DNA of 64,000 nucleotides from Acidobacteriota bacterium. Its GTDB lineage: Bacteria; Acidobacteriota; UBA890; WLXD01. The stretch's first letter is position 1. Each line of letters begins with the position of its first letter. The notes under the pieces are model-generated. The model was not told the origin of the DNA and ran no database searches. It was given only the letters and a program-made list of their open reading frames with translations. The position numbers and the translations under genes are program-made. The stretch lies in assembly GCA_965248695.1 (NCBI GenBank), contig CBDFKD010000002.1, forward strand, positions 4,032,001 through 4,096,000. Direction: 5' to 3'. Shown here one piece after another: positions 41,658-51,672 of this stretch.

Positions 41658-42908
41658 TCAGAAGGTCTCCTGCTTGAGCTTGAACGTATCGGCGAGCTCC
41701 GGGCTGCGATCGTCGCCCACGACACGGTGGGCGGCATACTCGCCCATCATGATGCCGTGCTTGTAGCCGTGGCCCGAGCCACCGCCGACGATCCAGACAT
41801 TGTCGAGCTCCGGGTGGCGGTCGACGATGAAATGGTTGTCGATGCTGTACTCCGTCTGACACACGCGCGACTCGAGCACCGGCTGGTCGGCAAGAGCCGG
41901 GAAGGCGCGCGTCACGAACTGGCGGGTCTGCTCGATCTCCTCGGCGGTGACGATCCGTTCGCCGGTGTCCGGATCGAACGGGACGTGGTCGAAGTAGGGC
42001 GCCACCTTCCAGCCGCGGCCCTCGATGCTCGGGAAGCCGTAGACGCGCGGCATTCCCCAGGTCGGACAGTTGGGGTAGAGAAACCGGTCGTCGTCGGGCG
42101 GCACCCCGTACCAGAAGGTGATCCGCCGCGGGGTGTCCAGCCTGTTCTTCATGACGGAGGGAAACACCTTGGGAAGCCACGGGCCGCACGCGAACACGAA
42201 GGTGTCAGCCGACACCGAATCGTGAGTCGAGAGATCGAGCTCCAGCAGCTTGCCTCCGGCTCGCCTACCGAGCTCTGCCCTGGCGGTGATCATGGTGCCA
42301 CCTCCACGCTCGAAGGCGCCGGCAACGGCGAAGCAGGCCCGACGCGCCATGAGGACGCCGGTGCTGGGGACGTAGAACCCCAACTCGAAGCCCTCGTGAT
42401 TGAACTGAGGAAAGCGTCGCGACAGCTCGTCGTGCGGAACCACCACGTTGTCGATTCCGTGGCTGTCGAACACGCTCTTGGTGGCTCGCAGGTACTCGGA
42501 CCATTGGGGAGCGAGCGTGAGCTGGCCCGTACGGTAAAAGAGTGGCAACCCCCCCCACTCTCTCTGACGCGCTTCCCACCGGTCGAACGCCTGCATGACC
42601 CACCGGGTGTAGATCTCGCGCTCGCCATACTGGGCGCGGATCTGCCGGGTTTCCCCGCCCGAAGCCGCGCGGGCGTTGCCGGCGCCGTACGCGTCGATAA
42701 GCGTGACCCGGTGCCCCATCTCCCGCAGGTAGAGCGCCGTCCAGCCGCCGAACGCTCCCGCACCGATCACCGCCACGTCGGCGGTCGATGCAGCATTCCG
42801 CCCGGGTGCCTCGGAACGGCCGGCGGCCCGCCGCGGTCGAGCGGCGCCCAGCGCCAGCGCACCGGCCCCGGTCAGCCTGAGGAACGTGCGTCGATCATGC
42901 TGTGCCAT
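41658..42908 (-). CDS. Tat-exported FAD-dependent oxidoreductase (sarcosine oxidase/DAO-like)
   Basis: DRRTFL, GAGAFG, SGGETR and GSGHGYK motifs. Confidence 0.88.
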   Translation of the reverse strand: MAQHDRRTFLRLTGAGALALGAARPRRAAGRSEAPGRNAASTADVAVIGAGAFGGWTALYLREMGHRVTLIDAYGAGNARAASGGETRQIRAQYGEREIYTRWVMQAFDRWEARQREWGGLPLFYRTGQLTLAPQWSEYLRATKSVFDSHGIDNVVVPHDELSRRFPQFNHEGFELGFYVPSTGVLMARRACFAVAGAFERGGGTMITARAELGRRAGGKLLELDLSTHDSVSADTFVFACGPWLPKVFPSVMKNRLDTPRRITFWYGVPPDDDRFLYPNCPTWGMPRVYGFPSIEGRGWKVAPYFDHVPFDPDTGERIVTAEEIEQTRQFVTRAFPALADQPVLESRVCQTEYSIDNHFIVDRHPELDNVWIVGGGSGHGYKHGIMMGEYAAHRVVGDDRSPELADTFKLKQETF

Positions 42909-43047
42909 CGTCGATGACCTTTTTCTGAGTCCGTTCGAGTTGTCGGGCGTCCCGATTCCCGACGATTTTGCCGGCCGACTCGGTTGCACCAACACCTTAC
43001 CAACATCATTCGCCGCTACGGCGTTGCGAAGGAACCCACGCTCCGGG

Positions 43048-45000
43048 CTACGGGGCCGCCTCACCGAGCGCGAAGGCCACCCACTCGGCGGGGTCATCGT
43101 TGCCGCCGACGGCGACGACGATGTACTGCCGTCCCTCGTACTCGTAGGTGATCGGGGCGCCGGTAACACCTGCCGAAAGCTCCGTCTCCCAGAGCACGCT
43201 GCCGTCGGCCTTGTCATAGGCGCGGAACTTATTGCCGTTGACCTGGATCCCGAGGATGGCGTCGCTGCTCTCCCCCAGGAATAGCAGCGTCTTGGTCAGC
43301 ATCGGCGCGGGACGGCCAAGCATTCCCAGCGGTGGAAGATCGAGGCCCTCCAGCAGCGGATGGTCCAACGGACCGTCACCGTTAGCGGCCATCCAGACCT
43401 CTTCGCCGCGGTTCATGTCGTAGGCCGTGATGCGTCCATACGGTGGCTTGTAGATCGGCAGCCCATCGAGCGTCGGGAAGTTCTCGCCCCCGGCCCACTC
43501 GTAGGTGAGCGTCGCCTCCGGATCGGACGTCTCGGAGAGCGGATAGAGGTTCGGCATGGTGTGCGAGACGGCGTAGTAGAAACCAGTCTCCGGGTCGAAC
43601 GCGCCGGTGTTCCAGTTGCCCGACCCCCACCCCCCGGGGAAGATCAGCGTGCCCATACCTCCGGATTCACCGCCAACGACCGACGGCGGCGTGAACATGG
43701 GCCCCAGCGCGAATGGCTCGATGAGCTCCAGGGCGCGTGCCCGCAGCTCTGGGGTGAAATCGATCAGGTCGTTCTCGCTGAACCCCTGCATATCAAACGG
43801 CGGTGGCTTGGTCGGGAAAGGCTGCGTCGGCGATAACTGCTCGCCGGGCACGTCTGACTGCGGTACGGGACGCTCCTCGATCGGCCACACCGGCTCCCCG
43901 GTCTGGCGATCGAAGACGTAGAGAAACCCGGTCTTGCTGGGCTGCATCACCGCCTTGATTCGCCGCCCGTCCACGGTGATCTCGCCAAGCGTCGCGGGGC
44001 CAACGGTATCGTACTCCCAGACGTCGTGATGCACCATCTGGAAGTGCCAGACGCGTTTACCGGTCTTGGCGTCGAGCGCTACGAGGCTGTTGGAGAACAG
44101 GTTGTCGCCGGGCCGGTGCCCTCCGTAGTAGGCCGCCGTCGGCGCGGTCAGCGGCACATACACGTAGCCGAGCTCCTCATCCGCCGTTGCACAGCACCAG
44201 GATCCCAAGTCCCCCGAGTACTTCCAGGAGTCGTCTTCCCAGGTGTCGTTGCCGAATTGCCCGGGCTTCGGAACCACGTTGAAGGTCCACAGCAGCTCGC
44301 CGGTGCGCACCGAGTAGCCGCGCACATCCTCGGGCACCGCTTCCTTGCGGTTCCCACCGTCGCCGGCGCCGCCGGTGATCCCGGCTATGACGACGACGTC
44401 ACCAACGACGATCGGGCCCGCCGACCAGGCGTAGTTCCCGGCTCGCTGGTGGGCGACGTTGAGGTTGAGTCGGCCGCGATCGCCGAAGTCGGCAAACGGC
44501 TCCCCGGTCCGTGCGCTGAGCGCGTAGAGGTAGTCTTTGCGCACCAGGAACAGCCGTCGATCCGCGCCCTCACCCCATGTATCGATACCGCGCGGGCTCC
44601 TGCCCCTAGCCTCGTTCAAGGTCGGCGCAAATGGCTCCTGTTGCCAAATCGTCTCCCCGGTTCCGGGGTCGAGGGCGCGCAGCAGCCCGACGCCGTTCGG
44701 CGCCAGCAACATGCCGTCGATCATGATCGGCGTCGACCTGAAATAGCCCGGAACTCGCACCTCGGGATAGGCGTCTTCGAACGCCTGGCTTACTGCCGGA
44801 CGCCGCCAGACGACCTTCAGGTCGGTCACGTTGTCGCGGTCTATCTGGGTCAGCGGCGAGTAACGTGTAAACGCCTTGTCGCCGCCGAAATAGGGCCACT
44901 CGCCAGGCGCTCGATCGCCCTGAGCGTGCGAGGCGATCGGCCCACCCCCGACCATCATCAGGAGCAGACCACCGGTTATTAGCCGCTGCAAACTGGACAC
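43048..45000 (-). CDS. PQQ-dependent glucose/quinate-type dehydrogenase
   Basis: RYSPLTQI, WHFQMVHHDVWEYD, SPTQPFP and KPPYG motifs. Confidence 0.9.
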   Translation of the reverse strand: MSSLQRLITGGLLLMMVGGGPIASHAQGDRAPGEWPYFGGDKAFTRYSPLTQIDRDNVTDLKVVWRRPAVSQAFEDAYPEVRVPGYFRSTPIMIDGMLLAPNGVGLLRALDPGTGETIWQQEPFAPTLNEARGRSPRGIDTWGEGADRRLFLVRKDYLYALSARTGEPFADFGDRGRLNLNVAHQRAGNYAWSAGPIVVGDVVVIAGITGGAGDGGNRKEAVPEDVRGYSVRTGELLWTFNVVPKPGQFGNDTWEDDSWKYSGDLGSWCCATADEELGYVYVPLTAPTAAYYGGHRPGDNLFSNSLVALDAKTGKRVWHFQMVHHDVWEYDTVGPATLGEITVDGRRIKAVMQPSKTGFLYVFDRQTGEPVWPIEERPVPQSDVPGEQLSPTQPFPTKPPPFDMQGFSENDLIDFTPELRARALELIEPFALGPMFTPPSVVGGESGGMGTLIFPGGWGSGNWNTGAFDPETGFYYAVSHTMPNLYPLSETSDPEATLTYEWAGGENFPTLDGLPIYKPPYGRITAYDMNRGEEVWMAANGDGPLDHPLLEGLDLPPLGMLGRPAPMLTKTLLFLGESSDAILGIQVNGNKFRAYDKADGSVLWETELSAGVTGAPITYEYEGRQYIVVAVGGNDDPAEWVAFALGEAAP

Positions 45001-45200
45001 GACGCTCTCCTTGACCGCACGAGCAAGAAGCCCTCAGCTCAGTCTTCCGCTATTCCACCGGCTTGGGCACTACCTGGAAGGCATGAAGCCTATCGTCGAA
45101 GGGGACGAGATCCAACGGTGGGAGCGCGCAGACCATGCCAAGGCATCGTCGCACGGCACAGAGTGCTGAGCTCGGAGCCGCGTAAATCGTTCAATGTCAG

Positions 45201-45225
45201 TAGTACCGAGGGAGGGACTCGAACC
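45201..45225 (-). repeat. tRNA-Leu 3'-end fragment (att-like), copy 1
   Basis: Reverse complement GGTTCGAGTCCCTCCCTCGGTA; 24/25 identical to 51572-51596; IHF-like motifs nearby. Confidence 0.75.
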
Positions 45226-45507
45226 AGATCCAGAGGATTCTGCCAAGTGATTGATGGCGCACGAAGTTGGTGACGAGGGTCACATGGCCCCGGTTGATCA
45301 ATCGGGATCATCCGCACGTAAGTCGATTGTGGGCAGCTGAGGCTTCTTGGCCGGGGCTGAAACGCCAGCTATTTGCGCAGCGAATCTCTTGAGGAGCCCA
45401 ACGATCGGTGGTTGTATCCAGGCGTCCCATTACTGACCAAGCCAAGAGCCTGACTCGACCAGGGTCATCTCGGAAATCCCGGGAGGTAGACAGTGGCTGG
45501 AGGATCG

Positions 45508-47289
45508 ATGAGGGAAACCAGGCCGCGGCTGTTGATCGCTTTGCTGGCGAGCCTATGCCTCTCGGCTTGTCAGCCTTCAACGCAGGACGCGTCGCCAGGC
45601 GATGCTGGCGGTCCTGCCGATTTGGTGCTGCAGGGCGGTAAGTTCTTTACCGTCGACGAAGCCCAGGTTTGGGCTGAAGCCGTCGCGATCAAGGACGGCA
45701 GGTTCGTCTACGTCGGCGACGACGCTGGTGCACAGGGCTTCGTTGGCGCCGATACCGATCTCCATGACCTCGGCGGCAAGCTGACGATTCCCGGGCTGGT
45801 CGACTCGCATACCCATCCCGGGTACATGGGTCGCTATAGCGGGCCCTCAGGATCGCTTCCGAGGACCAGTAAGGCAGACATACTCGCTGCCGTGAAGGCG
45901 TATGCGGAGGAGAATCCGGACTTACCCTGGATCATTATGTGTTGCTGGCCAGTGACCCTTTACGGCGACGGCAGGGATGGACCTCACAAGAGCGATCTGG
46001 ATGCGATCGCGCCCGATCGACCCGTTTGGCTGGGCAGCAACATCGGCCACAGTGTTTGGGTCAACTCGAAGGCACTCGAGCTGATGGGCGTCGACCGCGA
46101 CACGCCCGACCCTAAACCTGGCCTGGCGCTCTATGTACGCGACGCCGACGGTGAGCTTACCGGCTGGATCAAGGAGAGTGCTTTTCGTCCCTTCCGAAAC
46201 AAGTTCTTCGAGGTAGACGAGGAGGTCTACCAGGAAGGCATGGTCACCTTCCTGGACTACCTTGCGAACCAGGGCGTCACCACGCTCTACGACGGGGGCA
46301 ATGGCTACTACAACGACATGGTCTATTCGTTCCTCGCCGAGCTCGACAGGGCAGGGAAGTTACCGGTCCGCTATGAAGGCACCTATCACATTTTCCTTCC
46401 CGGTCAGGAGGACGCAGCGGTCGAAGAGCTACTGCGCCTGCGCGACACCTACGGCGGCGACCGGCTGCGCTTCAACACCATCAAGATTCACTTCGACGGC
46501 ACCAATGAGATTCGTACCGGCGCCGTGCTCGATCCGTTCAGCGATGACCCGGGCAACCGGGGCAATACGCTGTTGGACACCGATGAGCTGCGCGATTTCC
46601 TTCTTCGGTTGCACGAGTCCGAGCTCGACCTGCACTTGCATACCGTCGGTGATCGGGCCGTCCGGATCGCGCTGGACGCAGTGGAGGCTGCCCGGGAGTC
46701 GCTAGGCGGCGATCTCTACACGCGGGTCGCCGTCTGTCACCTGGACATCATCGACACGTCCGACTATCCGCGCTTCAAGCAGCTGGGCGTGATTGCGAGC
46801 TACACGCCCACATGGCACGGCCTTGGGGACCAACTACCGGCGACTGCAGCTGCCCTCGGTCCTCGCTTCGACAGGATGCTGCTGGTCCAACCGCTCCTGG
46901 ACGATGGCGCGGTCGTGACCTTTTCCAGCGACGTCGTGGGGTTGAATCAGCTGGAGAGCGCCAACCCTTATCTAGGGATGCAGGTCGGCCACAACCGCCA
47001 GTACGCCCGGGGGCAGGGTGTGGATGCGCCGATACGGCTGCCAATGACCGAACGCCTGGACCTGGAGGATCTGATCAAGGGATACACCTTGAACGGCGCC
47101 TATCAGCTTCGGATGGAGGACCAGCTCGGCTCGATTGAGGTAGGCAAGCTCGCCGATCTGGTCGTGCTCGATCGGAACCTGTTCGAGGTGGATCGCTACG
47201 AGATCCGCGAAATTCGACCCGAGGCGGTCATCATGGAAGGCGAGATCGTCAGGGGAAGCTTGGACGGTGGCGCGGAGATGAGGCCATAG
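45508..47289 (+). CDS. Amidohydrolase_3 lipoprotein
   Basis: Lipobox LSAC; PGLVDSHTH, HTVGD, SSD and GKLAD motifs. Confidence 0.9.
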   Translation: MRETRPRLLIALLASLCLSACQPSTQDASPGDAGGPADLVLQGGKFFTVDEAQVWAEAVAIKDGRFVYVGDDAGAQGFVGADTDLHDLGGKLTIPGLVDSHTHPGYMGRYSGPSGSLPRTSKADILAAVKAYAEENPDLPWIIMCCWPVTLYGDGRDGPHKSDLDAIAPDRPVWLGSNIGHSVWVNSKALELMGVDRDTPDPKPGLALYVRDADGELTGWIKESAFRPFRNKFFEVDEEVYQEGMVTFLDYLANQGVTTLYDGGNGYYNDMVYSFLAELDRAGKLPVRYEGTYHIFLPGQEDAAVEELLRLRDTYGGDRLRFNTIKIHFDGTNEIRTGAVLDPFSDDPGNRGNTLLDTDELRDFLLRLHESELDLHLHTVGDRAVRIALDAVEAARESLGGDLYTRVAVCHLDIIDTSDYPRFKQLGVIASYTPTWHGLGDQLPATAAALGPRFDRMLLVQPLLDDGAVVTFSSDVVGLNQLESANPYLGMQVGHNRQYARGQGVDAPIRLPMTERLDLEDLIKGYTLNGAYQLRMEDQLGSIEVGKLADLVVLDRNLFEVDRYEIREIRPEAVIMEGEIVRGSLDGGAEMRP

Positions 47290-47347
47290 CGACGGGGGCA
47301 GGTACATTCGGTCCACCCATTCCGGTACACCAAGAGGGAGGTCTTTC

Positions 47348-48985
47348 TTGACGAGCAAGCTCTCCTTCCCTTCCGCCGTCCTTCTATTTGTCGCGCCCGG
47401 CGTGTTGCTCCTAGGTTCTCCGGGGTTGTCTCAGGAAGGGCGACCGGTCGACTTCGAGACCCAGGTCCGGCCCGTTCTGGCCGCCTACTGCTATGAGTGC
47501 CACGGCGCGAACGCTGCCACTCGTGAGGCCGACCTGCGCGTCGACAAGAGGCGTTTCGCCTTCGCGGACCTCGGCGGCTACTCCGCGATCGTTCCGGGCG
47601 AGCCCACGGAGAGCGAGTTGTACATGCGTCTGACCGCCGAGTTCGCGGAGGACCGAATGCCCCCCTACAGCGCCGGGCTCGATGTCGATGTCTTCGAGAT
47701 CGACATCATTCGTCAATGGATCGCGCAGGGCGCCAATTGGCCGGAAGACGTCGACGAACGCGAGCCGCTGCCGGCGCGCCCCGGGGGCTACAGGGTGGGG
47801 CTGCCGGCGGTCGCATTGCCCGAACGGCCGGTCGTGATCAACACCCATGAGATAGAGGAAGTCCGTCTCCGTATTCTGACGCAGGAGCTGTCCCACCCCT
47901 GGTCAATGGCTTTTCTCCCGCGCGGCGACATCCTGATCACCGAGCGCGCCGGACGGCTGCGCCTCTATCGCGACGGGGTCCTGATGCCGGACGCGATAGA
48001 GGGAGCGCCAACCGATATCCTGGCGCGGGGTTTGGCGGGCCTGATGGAGGTCGCCGCCCATCCCGACTTCGAGGACAACCGCCTCGTCTACCTGACCTAC
48101 ACCCGCAAGCTGGACAGCGGTCACGGTACGGTCGCTCTGGTTCGGGGTCGCTTCGACGGCAACGCTCTTCGCGACGTGGAGGACGTGTTCGTGGCGGAGC
48201 CCTGGATGGGACAGGTCGCGGTCGACGATCCCGAGGTGCTCGTCGGCTCGACGGCTGCAGCGCGCCTCGCCTTCGCTGCCGACGGCAAGCTCTTCATGAC
48301 CATGGGCGGTGCCTTCGGCGTGGCGCGTGACGACGGGGGCTCGAGCTTTTTCGGCCTCGCTTTGCTCGCCCAGGATCCCACGAGCCATCTCGGCAAGCTG
48401 CTGCGACTCCACCCGGACGGCTCGGTCCCCGACGACAACCCGTTCGTGGGGCGCGCCGGTGCGAAGCCCGAGATCTACTCGATGGGGCATCGCAATCAGC
48501 AGGGACTGGCACTCCACCCCGAGACCGGAGTCCCCTATACCACCGAGCACGGGGTGCAGGGCGGCGACGAGCTCAACGCCATCGAGGCCGGAGGCAATTA
48601 CGGCTGGCCCTTGGTCTCCTACAGCCGTCATTACGGGGGACCGCGCATTGCCAAGCAGTTTTGGAACGAAGGCTTCAAGGAGCCCGTGGTTCTGTGGGTG
48701 CCTTCGATTGCTCCCTCGGGCCTGGCCTTCTACACCGGCGACGCGTTCCCGCAGTGGCACGGCAACCTCTTCGCCGGATCGTTGCAGGAGGGCAGCATCC
48801 CGCGCACCGGCCACGTGGAGCGCATCGTCTTCAACCGACGCGGCGAAGAGATTCGCCGCGAGTCGCTCCTGGCTGATCTCCGGCAGAGGATCCGCGACGT
48901 CCGCCAAGGCCCGGATGGACTCATCTACATACTGACCGAGCAGAACCGTGCGGCCTTGCTGCGACTGGAGCCGGTCGAACCTTGA
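47348..48985 (+). CDS. Planctomycete-type cytochrome c fused to glucose/sorbosone (PQQ) dehydrogenase
   Basis: CYECH..MPP; HPWSMAFLP, GHRNQQG, GGDELN and RIRDV motifs. Confidence 0.85.
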   Translation: MTSKLSFPSAVLLFVAPGVLLLGSPGLSQEGRPVDFETQVRPVLAAYCYECHGANAATREADLRVDKRRFAFADLGGYSAIVPGEPTESELYMRLTAEFAEDRMPPYSAGLDVDVFEIDIIRQWIAQGANWPEDVDEREPLPARPGGYRVGLPAVALPERPVVINTHEIEEVRLRILTQELSHPWSMAFLPRGDILITERAGRLRLYRDGVLMPDAIEGAPTDILARGLAGLMEVAAHPDFEDNRLVYLTYTRKLDSGHGTVALVRGRFDGNALRDVEDVFVAEPWMGQVAVDDPEVLVGSTAAARLAFAADGKLFMTMGGAFGVARDDGGSSFFGLALLAQDPTSHLGKLLRLHPDGSVPDDNPFVGRAGAKPEIYSMGHRNQQGLALHPETGVPYTTEHGVQGGDELNAIEAGGNYGWPLVSYSRHYGGPRIAKQFWNEGFKEPVVLWVPSIAPSGLAFYTGDAFPQWHGNLFAGSLQEGSIPRTGHVERIVFNRRGEEIRRESLLADLRQRIRDVRQGPDGLIYILTEQNRAALLRLEPVEP

Positions 48986-48993
48986 GGTACGCA

Positions 48994-50043
48994 ATGCTAC
49001 GCAAGTTACTGTTCGTGGGTTTGGTCCTGGCCGGCAGCCTCAACGTGGTCGCGGCCCAAGAAGAACGCGCGGTCTCTCTGACCGAGCTCAGGAGTTGGGC
49101 TGAGGAGCTGTCCAACAAGGGTCGATGGGGTGCCGAGGACCGGCTCGGCACGCTCAATCTGATCACGCCCGCCATCAGACAGTCGGCTGCGGCGCTGGTC
49201 CGGGAGGGCATCGTCGTGTCCCTCGCACATGACCTGGTTCCCGGTGAGAATCAGAACGCCCTCCGGACGGGGATGACGCACGACCATGTCACCGACGTGT
49301 CCGGACCCGTCACCTGGGGGCAGGATACGGTGGGCTTCTTCTTCCATGGATACGCATACTCCCACCTTGACGCGTTGTCGCACGCCGCCTTCGACGAGGC
49401 GTTCTACAACGGCTATGGAGTAGAGACGCTGACGGAATCGGGATCGGTCGTTCTCGGCGTCGACGTGATGCGAGACGGCATCGCCTCGCGTGGCGTACTG
49501 ATTGATCTGCCCCGCCTCGAAGGGGTCGAATACCTAGAGCCGCGAACCCTGGTGACTGTGGCGGATCTGGAGGCATGGGAGCGGAGCACCGGTGAACGCG
49601 TCGGCGAAGGCGACGTGCTCCTCGTGCGCACCGGCAGATGGGCCAGGGAAGCGGCTCAGGGCCGCTGGACGCTGTATTGCCCTGGCGCCACGCTCGGCTC
49701 CGAGACGCCGATAGAAGACGTTCTGCAACGGTGTCGGGAAGCTGATGAGGGTGCGGCCGGACTCCATCCATCTGTTGCGCGCTGGCTGCGGCAGCGCGGG
49801 GTAGCGGCCGTAGGCGGCGACGGAGCCAACGAGCGCTATCCCCCCCTTGTCGCGGGCATCTCGGATCCGTTCCACATGCTCACCATCGCTGCGATGGGAA
49901 TGCCCCTGTTCGACAACCTTGATTTCGAGGCTCTCGCCCGCACGGCCGTCGAGATGAATCGGCAGACGTTCTTCTTCGTCGCCGCTCCTCTGCGAATCCG
50001 AGGTGGGTCAGGCTCGCCGGTGAATCCGGTGGCGATCTTCTGA
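48994..50043 (+). CDS. Cyclase (kynurenine formamidase-like) family protein, exported
   Basis: GRWG..D.LGTLNLI, HGYAYSHLDALSH and GSPVNP motifs. Confidence 0.85.
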   Translation: MLRKLLFVGLVLAGSLNVVAAQEERAVSLTELRSWAEELSNKGRWGAEDRLGTLNLITPAIRQSAAALVREGIVVSLAHDLVPGENQNALRTGMTHDHVTDVSGPVTWGQDTVGFFFHGYAYSHLDALSHAAFDEAFYNGYGVETLTESGSVVLGVDVMRDGIASRGVLIDLPRLEGVEYLEPRTLVTVADLEAWERSTGERVGEGDVLLVRTGRWAREAAQGRWTLYCPGATLGSETPIEDVLQRCREADEGAAGLHPSVARWLRQRGVAAVGGDGANERYPPLVAGISDPFHMLTIAAMGMPLFDNLDFEALARTAVEMNRQTFFFVAAPLRIRGGSGSPVNPVAIF

Positions 50044-50232
50044 ATGGCACCACACTCCTGCGCCATGAAGGGAGCCCGAACGCTGGCAGATCGAGCCGCC
50101 GTCGCCGCCTCAAGGCGCGGCTCGGGGTCGCGCCCGGCAAGCATTCGCTGGAACGCGCCGCCCCGCCCGTACTACGCTCACGCCGTTCGCTGACAACTCC
50201 CCACGGAGTCGTCCGCAGAGCGGAGGCGTGTC

Positions 50233-51554
50233 ATGAAGTCTGTCGTCGGAAGGCATCCCGCGTTGGTCCTGTTGACGGCCGTTGTCCTAGTGGCTTCGGG
50301 ACTGTTGGTCACCGTCACTCCCGCCGCCTCGACCCCGTCGCTCGAGGCCGCGCAGGAACACTACTTCCCGCCCCGCGGCGAGTGGGAGAGCCGCGCCCCC
50401 GAAGACGTGGGCATGAGCTCTGCGGCGCTGCAGGAGGCGATCGCATTTGCCGAGGCGAACCAGAACCCCGGCAGCCGCGACCTGGCGGTGTGGCTGACGG
50501 AAGAGACGGGCTTCGGCCGCGAGCCATTCTTCTCCGTGCGCGGTGCCACGACGGTGCGTACCGGGATGAACGGGATCATCGTGAAGGGCGGCTACGTCGT
50601 CGCCGAGTGGGGCGATACCAGCAAGGTCGATATGACGTTCTCCGTCACCAAGACTTTCTTGTCCACCACGACCGGGTTGGCGTACGACCGCGGCATGATC
50701 CGCAGCGTCGACGACTACGCGGTCGACTACATGCCGACCGGCGAGGACTTCAAGACCGAGCACAATCGCAAGATCACCTGGGACCACTTGCTGCGCCAAA
50801 CCAGCGACTGGCGCGGCACGTTGTTCACCATGCCGGCCTGGGCCGACCGGCCGGCACGCCGCAACCCCGAGGGCGGTCCGGCGTCATGGACCGATATCCA
50901 GAACGTGCCGCTCTCCGAGCCCGGTACCGTCTTGACCTGACCCCGCGGTTAGTACCATGTCTTATCTCAGTAACTCGGTGCTGACAAGAGGTTGTTGAGG
51001 CCGGCGAAGCGGAGCGCAGCCGGCTTCAACAACGTCGCTTCGGGTGCGGGCGGCCGCTGCCGCGGGTGCTGCGCGAGTATGTCATGGACCCGATCGGCGC
51101 CTCCAACACCTGGCGCTGGCACGGCTACCGCGACTCCTGGGTCATCATCGACGGCCAGCGTATGCAGAACGTATCCGGCGGCGGCCACTGGGGTGGTGGC
51201 ATGCACATCAACGCCTGGGACATGGCGCGCTTCGGTTACCTGTTTCTGAATGACGGGGAATGGGACGGGCAGCGGATCATCTCGGAGGAATGGATCGACA
51301 TGGCCAGCTCGCCCGGGCCCGCCAACCCGACCTACGGCTTCATGAATTGGGGGCTGAACCGCGACGTCGAGCGCGACGGCGAGATGCGTCGCGGGGTGCC
51401 GGAGGCGCCCGGGTCCGCGGTGACGTTCAGCGGCGCCGGCAGCAACCTGATCTTCATCGACAAGGAGCACGACCTGGTCGTCGTTGTGCGCTGGATCTCC
51501 AGTGGCTCCCGCGATTTCTTCGGCAAGGTGATCTCGGCGATCGAAAAGGGTTGA
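50233..51554 (+). pseudogene. Serine hydrolase split by an IS3 end, with a short internal deletion
   Basis: N-half (FSVTK) ends at EPGTV (50931). C-half resumes RPLPRVLREYVMDPIG at 51051. The YxN-bearing segment is missing. Confidence 0.85.
50933..51056 (-). mobile_element. 124-bp IS3 right end including the IRR
   Basis: Reverse complement of 61911-62034; no mismatches seen by eye. Confidence 0.92.
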
Positions 51555-51571
51555 GCGCGGCGACGAGCGTC

Positions 51572-51600
51572 TAGTCCCGAGGGAGGGACTCGAACCCTCA
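51572..51600 (-). repeat. tRNA-Leu 3'-end fragment (att-like), copy 2
   Basis: Reverse complement gives the complete T arm GAGGG-TTCGAGT-CCCTC plus acceptor strand CCTCGGG-A; no anticodon or D arm. Confidence 0.75.
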
Positions 51601-51672
51601 CGCGGCCCCCACCGCGTGCGTGACTCGCAGTTGACACAACCATTGGTCCAGACGGGTTACGTTCCCTGAACG

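Noticed and set aside
51572-51660. Intact tRNA gene
   Set aside because: No anticodon or D arm can be folded; only the 3' end is present.
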